Positions 20,112 through 30,465 are shown, counted from the whole stretch's first letter. The stretch is DNA of 62,467 nucleotides, filler included, from Bdellovibrionota bacterium (GCA_963169515.1; 6 parts of 6 records of this genome joined end to end with filler, not necessarily neighbours in it), one strand, 5' to 3'. Translations and numbers: made by a program. The notes: generated by a model not told the origin, from the sequence alone.

Positions 20112-20600
20112 ATGGAAACTGGCCTTATCGCAGTGCCCTCACTTTTTGTAAAGAATTTAATGAGTAGACAGATTAATTTGGTGACGGTGCTTCCATCCAC
20201 TCCGATCACAGAGGCCGCGAGGTTGATGCGGGAACACCACGTCGGAGATGTAATCGCCATCGAAGAGCAAGAGCCAGGGAAAAATATTCCCATCGGAATA
20301 ATTACTGATCGCGATATTATCGTTGAAACATCCGGACAGGGGGTCAGCGTTGAACCGCTGACTGTGGCGGATATCATGGTCCCATTTGTTGAAACAGCCA
20401 AAGTATCCGATGACGTTTTTGAGATAATAAAAAAGATGAGGAAAACTGGCGTCGGTCGGCTACCAATAATCGACGAGGACAAAAGGCTTGTTGCAATTGT
20501 TACGGCCAAACATTTGCTACAAACGTTAGCTCAAGGGATTTATGATTTAGCCGGGCTTTCTGAGCAACAACAAAAAAATGAGCGGCAACAGCGTCATTAG
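20112..20600 (+). CDS. CBS-pair domain protein
   Basis: EAARLMREHHVG, GIITDRDI, GVGRLPII; GGAGG RBS. Confidence 0.9.
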   Translation: METGLIAVPSLFVKNLMSRQINLVTVLPSTPITEAARLMREHHVGDVIAIEEQEPGKNIPIGIITDRDIIVETSGQGVSVEPLTVADIMVPFVETAKVSDDVFEIIKKMRKTGVGRLPIIDEDKRLVAIVTAKHLLQTLAQGIYDLAGLSEQQQKNERQQRH

Positions 20601-20662
20601 ATCGCTGGATCGAAGTTGATTGATCGCGGGCTTGTGTCTTCAATCATTATCATGGAGACGAA

Positions 20663-20785
20663 ATGTTGCGTCAGAAAAAGCTCTCGATCCTAAAGGAAAA
20701 ATCTATTTCGCAAAAGGAAGCGGCTAAAATTGCAGGAGTGAACCCTAGCGCTTTGTCCGGATGGCTCACAGATAGTCTTAGATGA
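20663..20785 (+). pseudogene. Truncated XRE-type HTH regulator remnant (40 codons)
   Basis: Translates to MLRQKKLSILKEKSISQKEAAKIAGVNPSALSGWLTDSLR*; too short for the ORF track. Confidence 0.55.
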
Positions 20786-20901
20786 TGGTGGTGTAGCGAA
20801 CGTATTTGGTGAGATCTGTTATATCGATGGTGAATACACCTTTACTGCGAATTAGCCGTAAATTCTATTTAAAGCTTGAAATATCCCATATTTCTTGTTA
20901 A

Positions 20902-20925
20902 TAATAATTATTAATTATTAATAAT
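20902..20925. promoter_or_regulatory. Probable antitoxin operator (two abutting 12-bp palindromes)
   Basis: TAATAATTATTA then ATTATTAATAAT directly before the RBS of the RHH gene. Confidence 0.55.
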
Positions 20926-20936
20926 GGAGAATTGTT

Positions 20937-21173
20937 ATGAAAACTGCAAAGGTGATTAGCCTATCCCTTCCCCCAGATATGGAAAAAGAAGTTCAAAAAG
21001 TAGCTAAAGAAGAACACAGAACTGTTTCTGAACTCTTGAGAGAAGCGTTCCGGCAATATCTGGCTAATCGTGATTTGGCTATCGTAAGAAAAGAAGCTCA
21101 CAAGATTGTCAAAAAAATGAAATTGAAACCCGAGGATGTTGCAAGAATCGTTCGCGAAAGCAGAAGCAAATAA
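20937..21173 (+). CDS. CopG/RHH antitoxin
   Basis: VISLSLPP...RTVSELLREAFRQY ribbon-helix-helix. Confidence 0.85.
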   Translation: MKTAKVISLSLPPDMEKEVQKVAKEEHRTVSELLREAFRQYLANRDLAIVRKEAHKIVKKMKLKPEDVARIVRESRSK

Positions 21174-21176
21174 CAA

Positions 21177-21587
21177 ATGCTGAAGGTCTGCATTGACACC
21201 AACATCTGGATTAGCGGCATCATGTTTTCCGGTCCGCCCGCGACAATTGTAAGCATGGCCTTCAATAGAAAGTTCGATGTCATTCTTTCCCAAACCATCC
21301 TTAACGAACTTGAGCGCAACCTTCTCAATAAATTCCATTTTAGCCGAGGTAATACCAAAAGAATGATAAATCGCGTTTTGCAGGTGTCTGATTTGTATGA
21401 ACCTACTGGCTCCATTAAAATTATACCAGACACCCATCCTGACAACTTAATTCTTGAAACCGCGTTTCTAGGTAACGCCAAATATCTGGTTACTGGTGAC
21501 AAAGAACATTTACTGCCACTTAAAAGATTTAAACACGTTAAAATCGTAGAGCCATCAGAGTTTTTAATTCGTATGAAAAATACGTAA
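21177..21587 (+). CDS. PIN-domain toxin (VapC-like, PIN_3 type)
   Basis: IDTNIWIS, DNLILETA, LVTGD; 3 bp after the antitoxin. Confidence 0.9.
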   Translation: MLKVCIDTNIWISGIMFSGPPATIVSMAFNRKFDVILSQTILNELERNLLNKFHFSRGNTKRMINRVLQVSDLYEPTGSIKIIPDTHPDNLILETAFLGNAKYLVTGDKEHLLPLKRFKHVKIVEPSEFLIRMKNT

Positions 21588-21885
21588 GTTTTGGCACTGT
21601 TGTTATCACAGTTCAAATTGCCAAACTATGACCAAAGCCTGTGCCTATTTTGTGCCAAAAAATTCAATAAAATTTCTGAAAAATTTAGTACTACACTTAT
21701 AGTAATGAACCTTTGTACTGCCGATAAATTTGAAATGAACGAAAACCGAACTTTCGGATCATTGTAAGGTGTTCACGGGAGGGATTGTCCGTCGAGAGAA
21801 TGTCGGCTTGCGAAACTTATTAAAACTTCGACTGCGAAGGAACCATCAACTAAACAGAAGTAGAGTTAATCAAACATCCTAGTTT

Positions 21886-22620
21886 TTACCGGCCAACCTC
21901 GACGAATTCTTTTACAAATGGGGTTTTGGGCTCAGTTTGAATTTGTGAGGGGGTTCCTATTTGTTCTATTTGTCCTTTGTTCATCACAACAACTCGGTCG
22001 CTCATTTGGAAGGCCTCTTTCTGATCATGGGTGACGTAAACAAGAGTGAGTTTGAGCTGTTGTTGAATGCTGCGAATATCTCTGCGCATTTTTTCACGCA
22101 ATTTTGCATCCAAATTCGAAAGAGGCTCGTCCAATAAAAGAATTCTCGGCTTCATTACTAGGCCCCGAGCTAAGGCTACACGTTGCTGCTGGCCTCCAGA
22201 CAGTTCACTTGGTTTTCGGCTTTCTAAGCCGTCTAGTTCGACCGTTTTTAGAACAGCAGTGACGTCTTCTTTTATTTTTGATTTTGATAAATTTTGAAAT
22301 TTTAATGGATACGCAACATTTTTAAATACGTTCATGTGCGGCCAAACGGCATAGGATTGAAACATCATGCCGACGTGTCGTTTTTCTGGCGGAAGAAACT
22401 TTTTATTTTTCGGATCAGAAACGACATCATTGTCAATTTGGATTACACCGTGGGTGTTTTCCTCAAGGCCGGCAATCATTCGTAGTGTTGTCGTTTTTCC
22501 GCAACCCGACGGTCCGAGAAAGCTTACGAATTCGCCGCCCTTAATTTCCAAGGAAAAATCTTTTACAGCCCAAATGTTTCCGGGAAAAAGCTTTCCGACA
22601 TTTTGAAACTTGCAGCTCAT
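21886..22620 (-). CDS. ABC transporter ATP-binding subunit (FbpC/PotA-like)
   Basis: [32 protein letters not shown]. Confidence 0.95.
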   Translation of the reverse strand: MSCKFQNVGKLFPGNIWAVKDFSLEIKGGEFVSFLGPSGCGKTTTLRMIAGLEENTHGVIQIDNDVVSDPKNKKFLPPEKRHVGMMFQSYAVWPHMNVFKNVAYPLKFQNLSKSKIKEDVTAVLKTVELDGLESRKPSELSGGQQQRVALARGLVMKPRILLLDEPLSNLDAKLREKMRRDIRSIQQQLKLTLVYVTHDQKEAFQMSDRVVVMNKGQIEQIGTPSQIQTEPKTPFVKEFVEVGR

Positions 22621-24242
22621 AAACCGTAACGTCCTTTCGAAATTTTCTTTAGGGCAAAATTAAGTGAAAATACAATTCCAACAACTAAAACAGATAAAAC
22701 AGCGGCCCCACCGCCACCAACATCTGAGTATTCTTGTAACGAAAATATCAGGGTACCAACTGTTTCAAGCCCTGGTCCCGTAAGCAAAATTGTCATGGTG
22801 AGTTCGCCCATGACGGGCATAAAAATAAAAAATGCCGACGCAATTAACGACGATTTCAAAAGGGGCAAATATATCGTTTGCAGCGTAGCCCACCATGATG
22901 CCCCAGATATGCGGGCCGCTTCTTCGAGGGACGGGTGTATTAACGAATAGCCATCTTGAACTGTTTTAATGCTAAGGCTCATGTACTTAACAACATAAGC
23001 AACTAAAATCAGTCCCAACGTATTGTACAGCGAAGGCCCTGCACCGAAATATCCCTGGCTGAACGTGAGAATCAGCGCAAGCGCCAAAACAGTGCCCGGG
23101 GTGGAGAAAGGAACAGAAGCAAATATGCCGAGCATATTTTTCCCGCGCCAAGTTGTCCTCACTGGGAAATAGGCAATGAAAAAGCTGATACTGGTGCAAA
23201 TCAAGGCAGCGCCAAATCCCAAAAACAACGAATTACCAATCGCACGAGCTGTTTCTTCAGTTTCAAAAAGTACTCTGACAAAATTCCCCAGTCCCAGGTT
23301 TGAAAAGGACCAGGATCCTTGAATAGTACTTAGCGCAGAAATTAATACCCCCAACAAGGGTAGTGCGAAAATAACAAACAATAGAAGGCTTAAGATAATC
23401 AATAAAGGGACCTTTGAGTTCTTGAGATGGATTAAAGATGGGCGAACAGATTTTCCACTGACCAGGTAGGTCTTCTGTTTACCGATTGTTGTTTGCGCCG
23501 AAAATAAAAGTATCAAGGTGGTAATCATTAGCAATACGGAAACGGCCGTTGCCATTTGAATTCCCTGGGTCGTCCCCATTCTTTGGAACGTGTAAATCTG
23601 TGTTGTCATTAAATAAATACGGGCAGGTCCTCCAATCATTGCGGGCACCCCAAAGCTTGCAGCCGTAGCAAGGAACGAAAGAACAAAGCCGTTAAAAATT
23701 GCAGGTTTTAGTAAGGGGAGCGAGATGTCTCGGAACACCTGAAGTCCGTTGGCCCCAGATAATCGTGCGGCCTCTTCAAGCGATGAATCCATTTTGTCGA
23801 GCGCGGTAAGCGTTGTAAGAAGCACGAAAGTAAATAAGAAACTTGATTCAATCCAGACAAGTCCAGGGAAAGAATAAATATTCAAATTCAGACCAAAAAC
23901 AGTGTTCAGCAGACCGCTAGTGGGGTTTGCTAAAATAATCCATCCGATGGCGCCGACATAAGGGGGAATCGCGTAAGGCAAGCAAAACCATGAACGAAGG
24001 CTGTCTTTGGATGGTATATTGGTTCTCGTAAGAAGCCACGCGAGTGGGACGCCGATTGCTACGCAAACTAGCCCTACGGAAAGTGAAACCCAAAATGTAT
24101 TTTTAATCGCCTTGATCGTGTTTTCATGTTTTAGGATTTCCATGTACTGATCAAAATTTGGAAGTGTTACTAAATGACCGAGGGGCGCTACAAAAAAAGC
24201 TGCAACCAAACCCCATGCAATTAGATAAATCAAAATTCGCAT
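22617..24242 (-). CDS. ABC permease, FbpB-type duplicated membrane domain
   Basis: Two LEEAAR...GA (EAA) loops, about 12 TM. Confidence 0.9.
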   Translation of the reverse strand: MRILIYLIAWGLVAAFFVAPLGHLVTLPNFDQYMEILKHENTIKAIKNTFWVSLSVGLVCVAIGVPLAWLLTRTNIPSKDSLRSWFCLPYAIPPYVGAIGWIILANPTSGLLNTVFGLNLNIYSFPGLVWIESSFLFTFVLLTTLTALDKMDSSLEEAARLSGANGLQVFRDISLPLLKPAIFNGFVLSFLATAASFGVPAMIGGPARIYLMTTQIYTFQRMGTTQGIQMATAVSVLLMITTLILLFSAQTTIGKQKTYLVSGKSVRPSLIHLKNSKVPLLIILSLLLFVIFALPLLGVLISALSTIQGSWSFSNLGLGNFVRVLFETEETARAIGNSLFLGFGAALICTSISFFIAYFPVRTTWRGKNMLGIFASVPFSTPGTVLALALILTFSQGYFGAGPSLYNTLGLILVAYVVKYMSLSIKTVQDGYSLIHPSLEEAARISGASWWATLQTIYLPLLKSSLIASAFFIFMPVMGELTMTILLTGPGLETVGTLIFSLQEYSDVGGGGAAVLSVLVVGIVFSLNFALKKISKGRYGL

Positions 24243-25234
24243 CAGAATATTATTTTAGAAAATTCATCCTTAATCTTTTCGCGAGATCGCATGGTTTCGC
24301 TTAAAAACTCTTTTGACCAAGGATGGGCTGTTTTTAAAACTGATTCCGATGACGGCGCACCAACGGGCGGTGCGTTGCCGGGAACTGCTGGGTACATAAA
24401 GGATTTTGCCATAGCTTCTTGCCCTTTTTGAGCAAATAACCAATCAGCCACCTTTTTCGCAAGCGCTTGGTCGGCTTCTTTTTTAATAATCCCAAGGACG
24501 TTTGATTGCATTACCGCTCCATCACCAGGAACGATGTGTTTTATGCGTGGATCGCTTGCCGCTAAGCGGAGTATATTTTCCATTAAGACAACACCCACTG
24601 GGCGTTCTTTACTCTGAAGTCGGCGAACAACGCCAGAGTTCCCACCCTCTGCAATCAATTCATTTTTCCTTAGAGCTTTGAAATAATCCCAGCCATAAGA
24701 TTTTGCAAGGAATGCGACCGTTGTAAAGCTTGTTCCAGAGGCAAGCGGGCTGCCTGTGGAAACCTTTCCTTTCCACTTGATATCAGCGAGTTCCTTAAAT
24801 GTTTTGGGAGCATCTTTATCTGAAATCGCTTCTGAGTTGTATGCTAAAACCATGACAGGGTAGCTAACCGTTGCGTATGCGCCATCGGCATCCCTAAATG
24901 CTTCGGCCACTTTTTCAGAATTAGCTGGTTGGTATTTTAATAGTTTTCCTTGTTTGGCCATACCCTCAAACCAGAAGCGGTCTGAAAAAATCAAAATGTC
25001 CGCTTGAATTTTGCCGGCAAGTTCTTCGGCCTGAACCTTTGCTGCAACTTCTTCTGAACCGGCTTGATAAAAATTAAATTTTACTCCAGGAAAGTCCCGC
25101 TCTAGCTGCGGTTGAATATCGGCGACGGTGTCTTTGTATAAAGATGTATAAATCCAAATACTTTGCGTATCTTTTTTGCCAGTGCAAGAAGTTAGTAATA
25201 GGGCCCCTAAGATAGGTAAAATGATATTTTTCAT
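24242..25234 (-). CDS. ABC substrate-binding lipoprotein (iron(III)/thiamine-type)
   Basis: Lipobox LTS-C; WIYTS, PLASGT; first gene of the operon. Confidence 0.85.
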   Translation of the reverse strand: MKNIILPILGALLLTSCTGKKDTQSIWIYTSLYKDTVADIQPQLERDFPGVKFNFYQAGSEEVAAKVQAEELAGKIQADILIFSDRFWFEGMAKQGKLLKYQPANSEKVAEAFRDADGAYATVSYPVMVLAYNSEAISDKDAPKTFKELADIKWKGKVSTGSPLASGTSFTTVAFLAKSYGWDYFKALRKNELIAEGGNSGVVRRLQSKERPVGVVLMENILRLAASDPRIKHIVPGDGAVMQSNVLGIIKKEADQALAKKVADWLFAQKGQEAMAKSFMYPAVPGNAPPVGAPSSESVLKTAHPWSKEFLSETMRSREKIKDEFSKIIF

Positions 25235-25402
25235 AGCGGGAATTAAACCAACAACGGCTATTGTTGCAAGCATATTGTGGAGAGAGGCGATTAGGGGCGC
25301 GTCGGGCAGCTATTTTCGAATTGAAACAAAAAAAATTTGAACAAGTTTATTGACCCTGTTGGCGTTTATATTCATTATAGCCCTTCGAATAGAGGTGCGC
25401 TT

Positions 25403-25861
25403 GTGAAAAATGTGACAGAATTTCCAAATTTTAAATTACTCCAAGGGATCAAGGTTAAAACAGCTTTAGCAGCAGAGGGCAAAACGCCTGAAGAAATTCA
25501 AGCGGCGATTGGTGAACAGTTTAAACTTGAGGGCGATAAACTTAAATACTTTTCAAACGCGCTGGATGTCGCAAACCAAAACACAGACAAACTCGTTCGT
25601 GTAATGGTCGTAACCGTTGGTGAAGGCGAAAATCCACCAGTAAAAGCAACAAAAGTTGAAGAGCACTACTATATTCCTGAATATCCAGCGGCACCAAAAC
25701 CAGCAGAGCAAAAGGATTCTAAGGGTGGCAAGGGCGGACGTCGTGGTGGAGGCGGAGGCCGTGAGGGTGGAAAACCAAAAGGATCTCCATGGGGAATGAC
25801 TCCTGAAGAGAAAGAAGCTAAAAAATCCGCAAGCCAAAAAGCAAAAGCGGTGAAAGCTTAA
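25403..25861 (+). CDS. Hypothetical protein with Gly/Lys/Arg-rich C-terminal tail
   Basis: GAGGTG RBS before GTG; TTGACC-N17-CATTAT upstream; tail GGKGGRRGGGGGREGG. Confidence 0.75.
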   Translation: MKNVTEFPNFKLLQGIKVKTALAAEGKTPEEIQAAIGEQFKLEGDKLKYFSNALDVANQNTDKLVRVMVVTVGEGENPPVKATKVEEHYYIPEYPAAPKPAEQKDSKGGKGGRRGGGGGREGGKPKGSPWGMTPEEKEAKKSASQKAKAVKA

Positions 25862-26026
25862 TTAAGGCAAACTTGTAGATCGAGAAAATACTAAATTAAC
25901 AGAACCGTTTGCGGCTGTACCGGTGCCGCAGGTACCATCCTCTGCACCAGCGGCGCCGCCTGCGGCCGAGTATGCTGATCCACTCAATGTTGAAAGACAA
26001 GCGCCGCCGCCGGCGCCCGGGCCTGA
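25862..26026 (-). CDS. 3' end of a Gly/Ala-rich protein truncated by the contig end
   Basis: Open frame SGPGAGGGACLSTLSGSAYSAAGGAAGAEDGTCGTGTAANGSVNLVFSRSTSLP*. Confidence 0.55.
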   Translation of the reverse strand, partial: SGPGAGGGACLSTLSGSAYSAAGGAAGAEDGTCGTGTAANGSVNLVFSRSTSLP

Positions 26027-26126
26027 NNNNNNNNNNNNNNNNNNNNNNNNNNNNNNNNNNNNNNNNNNNNTTAATTAATTAANNNNNNNNNNNNNNNNNN
26101 NNNNNNNNNNNNNNNNNNNNNNNNNN
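26027..26126. other. Artificial contig linker
   Basis: N44-TTAATTAATTAA-N44 (stops in all six frames). Confidence 0.98.
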
Positions 26127-26174
26127 CACTATTGGCTTGGAAGAGGGGGGGATGGTCAGCAGAAGTACAGGTCG

Positions 26175-28964
26175 CTACTCAGCCCACTCTGGTATCGGGA
26201 AGGAGTAAGGTCCACCAATTTTGGGTAGCACAAAAGATCCTGATGGCATTTCCCACACAGGCAAACCAAAATCATATGTTGAAAAATTTCCAGGTACAGC
26301 CATTTGTGCGCTTGTTAATGGCGTCATGTTAATCAAGTTTGGCGCGGCAATAACTCCACCGGCCTCATACTCAGGAAAAAAATCCGAGTTATAAAAATTT
26401 GTTCCATTTTCTAGTGATGTAGATGCACCCGAAAAAGTTCCAACAATAGGGCCAAATGTTGAGTCCGCTCCCGGCGCACCCGTAGCTTTAAATACTTTAC
26501 CCGTAGAATAATTTCTGCGAGCAGCATTGCTACCGTTCCTTTGAAGAACTCCAAATAATCCACCGACACTTTGCCCGCCACGAACATTACCATAAGCAAA
26601 ATTATCAGTTGCGCGATTTGTTGTTGTACGTATGTATCCCGATAATCCACCGACATACAAATTCAAGCCACCATCAACGCTTCCAACAGCAAAGTTTCCA
26701 ATTAAGTAACGATTAGAAGTCGTACTTCCACCCTCAAGTCCACCGACATAACTTCCATTACCAACTACATTACCAGCGGCATAAGATCGATAAATATTGC
26801 CACCACCAACGCCCACCAAGCCACCTGTATAAGCTCCACTACTTATAATGTTTCCTGTGGCATAGGTGTCACTCACATTTGTCGCCGTATCCTGTGAATA
26901 ACCTACCAGCCCGCCGGCCCTTGAAAAACCAATAACATTACCAGTAGCATAAGATAAACTAATCGTATGTTGGTTTTGGTAGCCAACAAGCCCCCCAATC
27001 TCTATACATTGCGCACACGTTACACTGCCAGTTGCGTATGACGAAGTAATATTTCCGCGGGAATATCCCATCAAGCCGCCAATGCGCTGATGAGTAAAAA
27101 CTGTCCCAGCAACAGTCACACTCACACTTCCTGTTGCATAACAATTTGTGCAATCAGCATTATTTTGCTCTGACGATCCAAGCAAGCCGCCAATGTATCT
27201 GACCGCCGCACTATCATCTGCCAAATCCGCAGAGATATTACCTTCTGCGTAAATATTTAAAAGATCTCCTGTCCCAAAATAGCGACCAACCAGACCCCCT
27301 ATGTACATCGGAGTTACTCCAGTTGTTGTCACGTTTCCCTCTGCATATGAATTTGTAATTGTTAATGTCGCACCAGATGAATATCCAACTAACCCGCCAA
27401 CATAATCCTCTTCACCCAGAACATTCCCTGTTGCAAAAGAATCATCTACCGTATCCCCATCATTCATTCCAATAAGGCCACCAATGTAAGTTATTCCACC
27501 TGTTACGCTTCCCGTGGCATAACAACTTTGAATTGTATCTGCTCGGTTGTAGCCAATCAAACCACCGCTATATGTTGCTGAACCACCAATCACATTTCCA
27601 GTTGCATAGCACGAATTTGTGGTTGGTGGTGCCGATCCCAAAGGCCGTGTTGCCGCCGCCGAAGTTCCTACAAGCGATGAAGCCGCTCCCTCCAGACGAC
27701 CAAATAATCCACCCACAGAATTGCCTCCGGAACGAGTAACCGTTCCAGTCGCATAAACGTCGGTGTAATCACCATATCCTTGACCAACTAGTCCGCCAAT
27801 ATTACTCGAACTGCCCGTGACATCAGCTGTACTGTAAACACGTTGTACATCTGAATTATCATCGTTTTCGCCTTGATATCCGATCAACCCACCTACGTTA
27901 GAGTTCCCCACAACAGTACCGCCAGACACATAGCTATCCACGATTAAAATGGAAGTTAAGTCGTTAATATACCCAATCAATCCGCCTGTATTATTTTTTG
28001 AATCTATTGTTACATTTTGCGCACTCGAGTTCGAAACGCTTAATGTTGATGCTCCACTGGTAACATGGCCGATCATTCCACCTGTTTCTCCTACAGATGC
28101 ATGACTTGTTGTAATTGCAATTGTATCCAAGTGAATATTTGAAAAAACATTTATTCCAGTGCGAACAACACCTACCAAACCGCCCGCACGATATAGGGCT
28201 TGTATCGTAGCATTTTTAATATAAAGATTTTGAATTGTCGCTCCTTGAGTTTCTCTAAACAACCCTTGATGGGTTGCCGTTGAGGTTATCGAAAAATTAG
28301 AAATTTCAAACGAGTGGCCTTCAAATGTGCCAGTGAATAAAGTTCCAATTGCGGTAAAGGCAGCGCCGCCAATATCAATGTCATTTCCCAGTTCAATTGA
28401 GGCCGATAGCACAGTACTGACATTTGAAAGCTGGACCGCCGTACAAACAATCCAAGGGGGAACCCCCGTTGTATTTGTATTCGCAAAAGTATCTAAACGT
28501 GCACTTGAGCTATCACAAGCGGTCGTAATTTTATTCAAAATACGTGTAGCAGGTAAACCGATCAAGTTGTCTTCTTCGTCAATCATCCGCGCATTCACAG
28601 TGACACTTCCCAACGCCGCAGAGGATGTGTTTACTGTCGCCGTCCATGTTTTATCAAGACCGCAAATTGTGTACCCTGTGGCGTCACCATAAATTTCTAT
28701 CGGTTTACCAGCCGTTCCACAGGTTCCTGATAATCTTTTTTGATAACCCACAGGCGAGCCGTCTGTAGCTGGGACAGTAATCGCAATGGTTAAATCATTA
28801 TCCGAAGGTACCTCTATGGTGTTGTCGGTGTTAAATAATTTATCGACACCACTCCCGTCGCTGCATCCAACAAAGCTAATCATAAGTAAAAATAGGATTG
28901 ATCTTATCTGCGTATGAACCCCTCGGCTAAGCATACAATAATTCAACCTTATGAAGTGTTTCAT
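26175..28964 (-). CDS. Large GLUG-repeat (beta-helix) surface lipoprotein, adhesin-like
   Basis: Lipobox-like FVG-C; Ig-like N-terminal segment; many YATGNV...GGLVG repeats; ATGA overlap with the motB stop. Confidence 0.85.
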   Translation of the reverse strand: MKHFIRLNYCMLSRGVHTQIRSILFLLMISFVGCSDGSGVDKLFNTDNTIEVPSDNDLTIAITVPATDGSPVGYQKRLSGTCGTAGKPIEIYGDATGYTICGLDKTWTATVNTSSAALGSVTVNARMIDEEDNLIGLPATRILNKITTACDSSSARLDTFANTNTTGVPPWIVCTAVQLSNVSTVLSASIELGNDIDIGGAAFTAIGTLFTGTFEGHSFEISNFSITSTATHQGLFRETQGATIQNLYIKNATIQALYRAGGLVGVVRTGINVFSNIHLDTIAITTSHASVGETGGMIGHVTSGASTLSVSNSSAQNVTIDSKNNTGGLIGYINDLTSILIVDSYVSGGTVVGNSNVGGLIGYQGENDDNSDVQRVYSTADVTGSSSNIGGLVGQGYGDYTDVYATGTVTRSGGNSVGGLFGRLEGAASSLVGTSAAATRPLGSAPPTTNSCYATGNVIGGSATYSGGLIGYNRADTIQSCYATGSVTGGITYIGGLIGMNDGDTVDDSFATGNVLGEEDYVGGLVGYSSGATLTITNSYAEGNVTTTGVTPMYIGGLVGRYFGTGDLLNIYAEGNISADLADDSAAVRYIGGLLGSSEQNNADCTNCYATGSVSVTVAGTVFTHQRIGGLMGYSRGNITSSYATGSVTCAQCIEIGGLVGYQNQHTISLSYATGNVIGFSRAGGLVGYSQDTATNVSDTYATGNIISSGAYTGGLVGVGGGNIYRSYAAGNVVGNGSYVGGLEGGSTTSNRYLIGNFAVGSVDGGLNLYVGGLSGYIRTTTNRATDNFAYGNVRGGQSVGGLFGVLQRNGSNAARRNYSTGKVFKATGAPGADSTFGPIVGTFSGASTSLENGTNFYNSDFFPEYEAGGVIAAPNLINMTPLTSAQMAVPGNFSTYDFGLPVWEMPSGSFVLPKIGGPYSFPIPEWAE

Positions 28965-29629
28965 TTTGGCTCAATGATAAGAGATAAAGTCCGAGAATTA
29001 CGACTTGCATCTGCAGAACCTTTCGCACTTACTCTGTCAATCGGCGTACCTAAACTTAAAGAATACTGTAAAGCCTTTGTGGCCCTCATTACACTAAGAT
29101 CGAAGTTATCCTTAAGCATACTATCATTTCTAAAAAAGGGCATTTGATCGGTATGTCCAACGAAAGTAATTTGGATTTGTGAATAATATGGAGTAAGACT
29201 TTTAAACAGAATACCCATTTGATTTTTTATATCAGACGTAACTTGAAATTGTCCCAAGCTATATATGTTGTCTGGAAACTCCAGAATGATTTTCTTTTTG
29301 CTTTCTTCAATTTTTATATCCAAACCTTTTAGCGCTTCAACAAGGCTTTTTGTTGGCATTCCCGCAATGCCGCTGGGACCTCTCGCGGAGCCCCCTCCCA
29401 TACCCGAACTTGTCGTTTTTAATTGGGTGTCTTTTAGAATTCGCTGAATTACATCTTGTTTAACCTCGCTATCGACAGAAAAGAAAAGAATAAAAAAGCT
29501 CAATAAAACCATCAAAAAATCAGCATAAGAAATAGCCCATAAATGTGTAGTTTCATCATCAACATGAAAATCATCGCTTCGTTCGATTCGTGGCAAGCGA
29601 GTTTTAATATCTTGATCCTCAAGCGACAA
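28961..29629 (-). CDS. motB: MotB-type stator subunit with OmpA-like peptidoglycan-binding domain
   Basis: WAISYADFLMVLLSFFILFFS with conserved Asp; GHTD, NFDLSVMRA, SR; GGAGG RBS before TTG 29629. Confidence 0.88.
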   Translation of the reverse strand: MSLEDQDIKTRLPRIERSDDFHVDDETTHLWAISYADFLMVLLSFFILFFSVDSEVKQDVIQRILKDTQLKTTSSGMGGGSARGPSGIAGMPTKSLVEALKGLDIKIEESKKKIILEFPDNIYSLGQFQVTSDIKNQMGILFKSLTPYYSQIQITFVGHTDQMPFFRNDSMLKDNFDLSVMRATKALQYSLSLGTPIDRVSAKGSADASRNSRTLSLIIEPK

Positions 29630-30326
29630 TCTGGGCCTCCGACATTTCACCTTCTATCAAGGCTTGTGGTTCATTCTGGTTGATTAATAAAATAACTTTA
29701 TACAAATTCTGTAGAATTCGTTTTCTATTTACAGATTTAATCTGAATACGATCTGCAAGTGGCGCAATAATGACGTTTGTTAAAAATAGACCAAAGAAAG
29801 TAGCGGTCATTGCAAGCGCTATGTTTTTTCCTAAAGTGTCTTTGTTGCTGTCAAGTGTTGAAAATAAACCGATCATGCCCATTACAGTTCCTGTGATACC
29901 AAGGCCTGGAGGATACTTTGCTAAATTTTTTAACGATTGAAGCGCTTCCAAAGTATCATTTTCTAGATGAGCTTTCTTTTGAGATAGCAATACTATGAAT
30001 AGATTTGAATCTATACCCTGACTCCATAATTCAGCAGCATAATTTATTAATGGATTTCGAGATGATGCGCCCAAGGCCCTTTTTTTGGATAGAGCTTCGA
30101 TTTCACCACGGTAGTCTTCAAATCGTTCATCTTTGCTAAAAAGACCCAGGATTTCTCGGAAAATAATTTTTATCCCAAAGTCTGGTGTAATTAAAAACAT
30201 GATCATCAGTGTTCCACCAACAACCAAATAAATTGCATGTTTTTGCAAATATTGGTTAAAGCTTCCTTCAACAGCCAATAAAACCATGGCCAACATTCCA
30301 AAAATGCCAAAAATCAAACTTTTCAT
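29619..30326 (-). CDS. motA: MotA-type stator subunit
   Basis: LVVGGT, PPGLGITGTVMGMI, IALAMTATFFG, IIAPLADRI; AGGAG RBS. Confidence 0.88.
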   Translation of the reverse strand: MKSLIFGIFGMLAMVLLAVEGSFNQYLQKHAIYLVVGGTLMIMFLITPDFGIKIIFREILGLFSKDERFEDYRGEIEALSKKRALGASSRNPLINYAAELWSQGIDSNLFIVLLSQKKAHLENDTLEALQSLKNLAKYPPGLGITGTVMGMIGLFSTLDSNKDTLGKNIALAMTATFFGLFLTNVIIAPLADRIQIKSVNRKRILQNLYKVILLINQNEPQALIEGEMSEAQIVA

Positions 30327-30438
30327 GATACTCTCCTAATTCATTAGTTCGACTCGGTAGACCTTTAACTTAAGGGATCTTCATAAGATAAAAAAAAAGT
30401 TATTTATGCCCTAATCCATAAGAATTGGAAAATTTAAT

Positions 30439-30465
30439 TAATTTTTAACCTACAGCTTCCGATTT
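30439..30465 (+). promoter_or_regulatory. Possible sigma28 (FliA)-type promoter
   Basis: TAATTTTT-N11-TCCGATTT versus consensus TAAAGTTT-N11-GCCGATAA. Confidence 0.35.

Noticed and set aside
21768..21850. Intact tRNA gene
   Set aside because: Only a 3'-end-like 20-mer; the upstream sequence does not form D or anticodon arms or a matching acceptor stem.
25862..26175. Gly-rich fragment as a downstream member of the motor operon
   Set aside because: A linker separates them, so there is no evidence of real adjacency.
28961..30326. Zorya (ZorAB) anti-phage system
   Set aside because: MotA is only 235 aa with no long cytoplasmic tail, there are no ZorC/D/E-like helicase or nuclease genes, and the partner is FliG-like.
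28961..30326. ExbBD/TolQR/AglRQS-type motor
   Set aside because: The B subunit has the flagellar W..SYADF motif and an OmpA-like peptidoglycan-binding domain, which ExbD and TolR lack.
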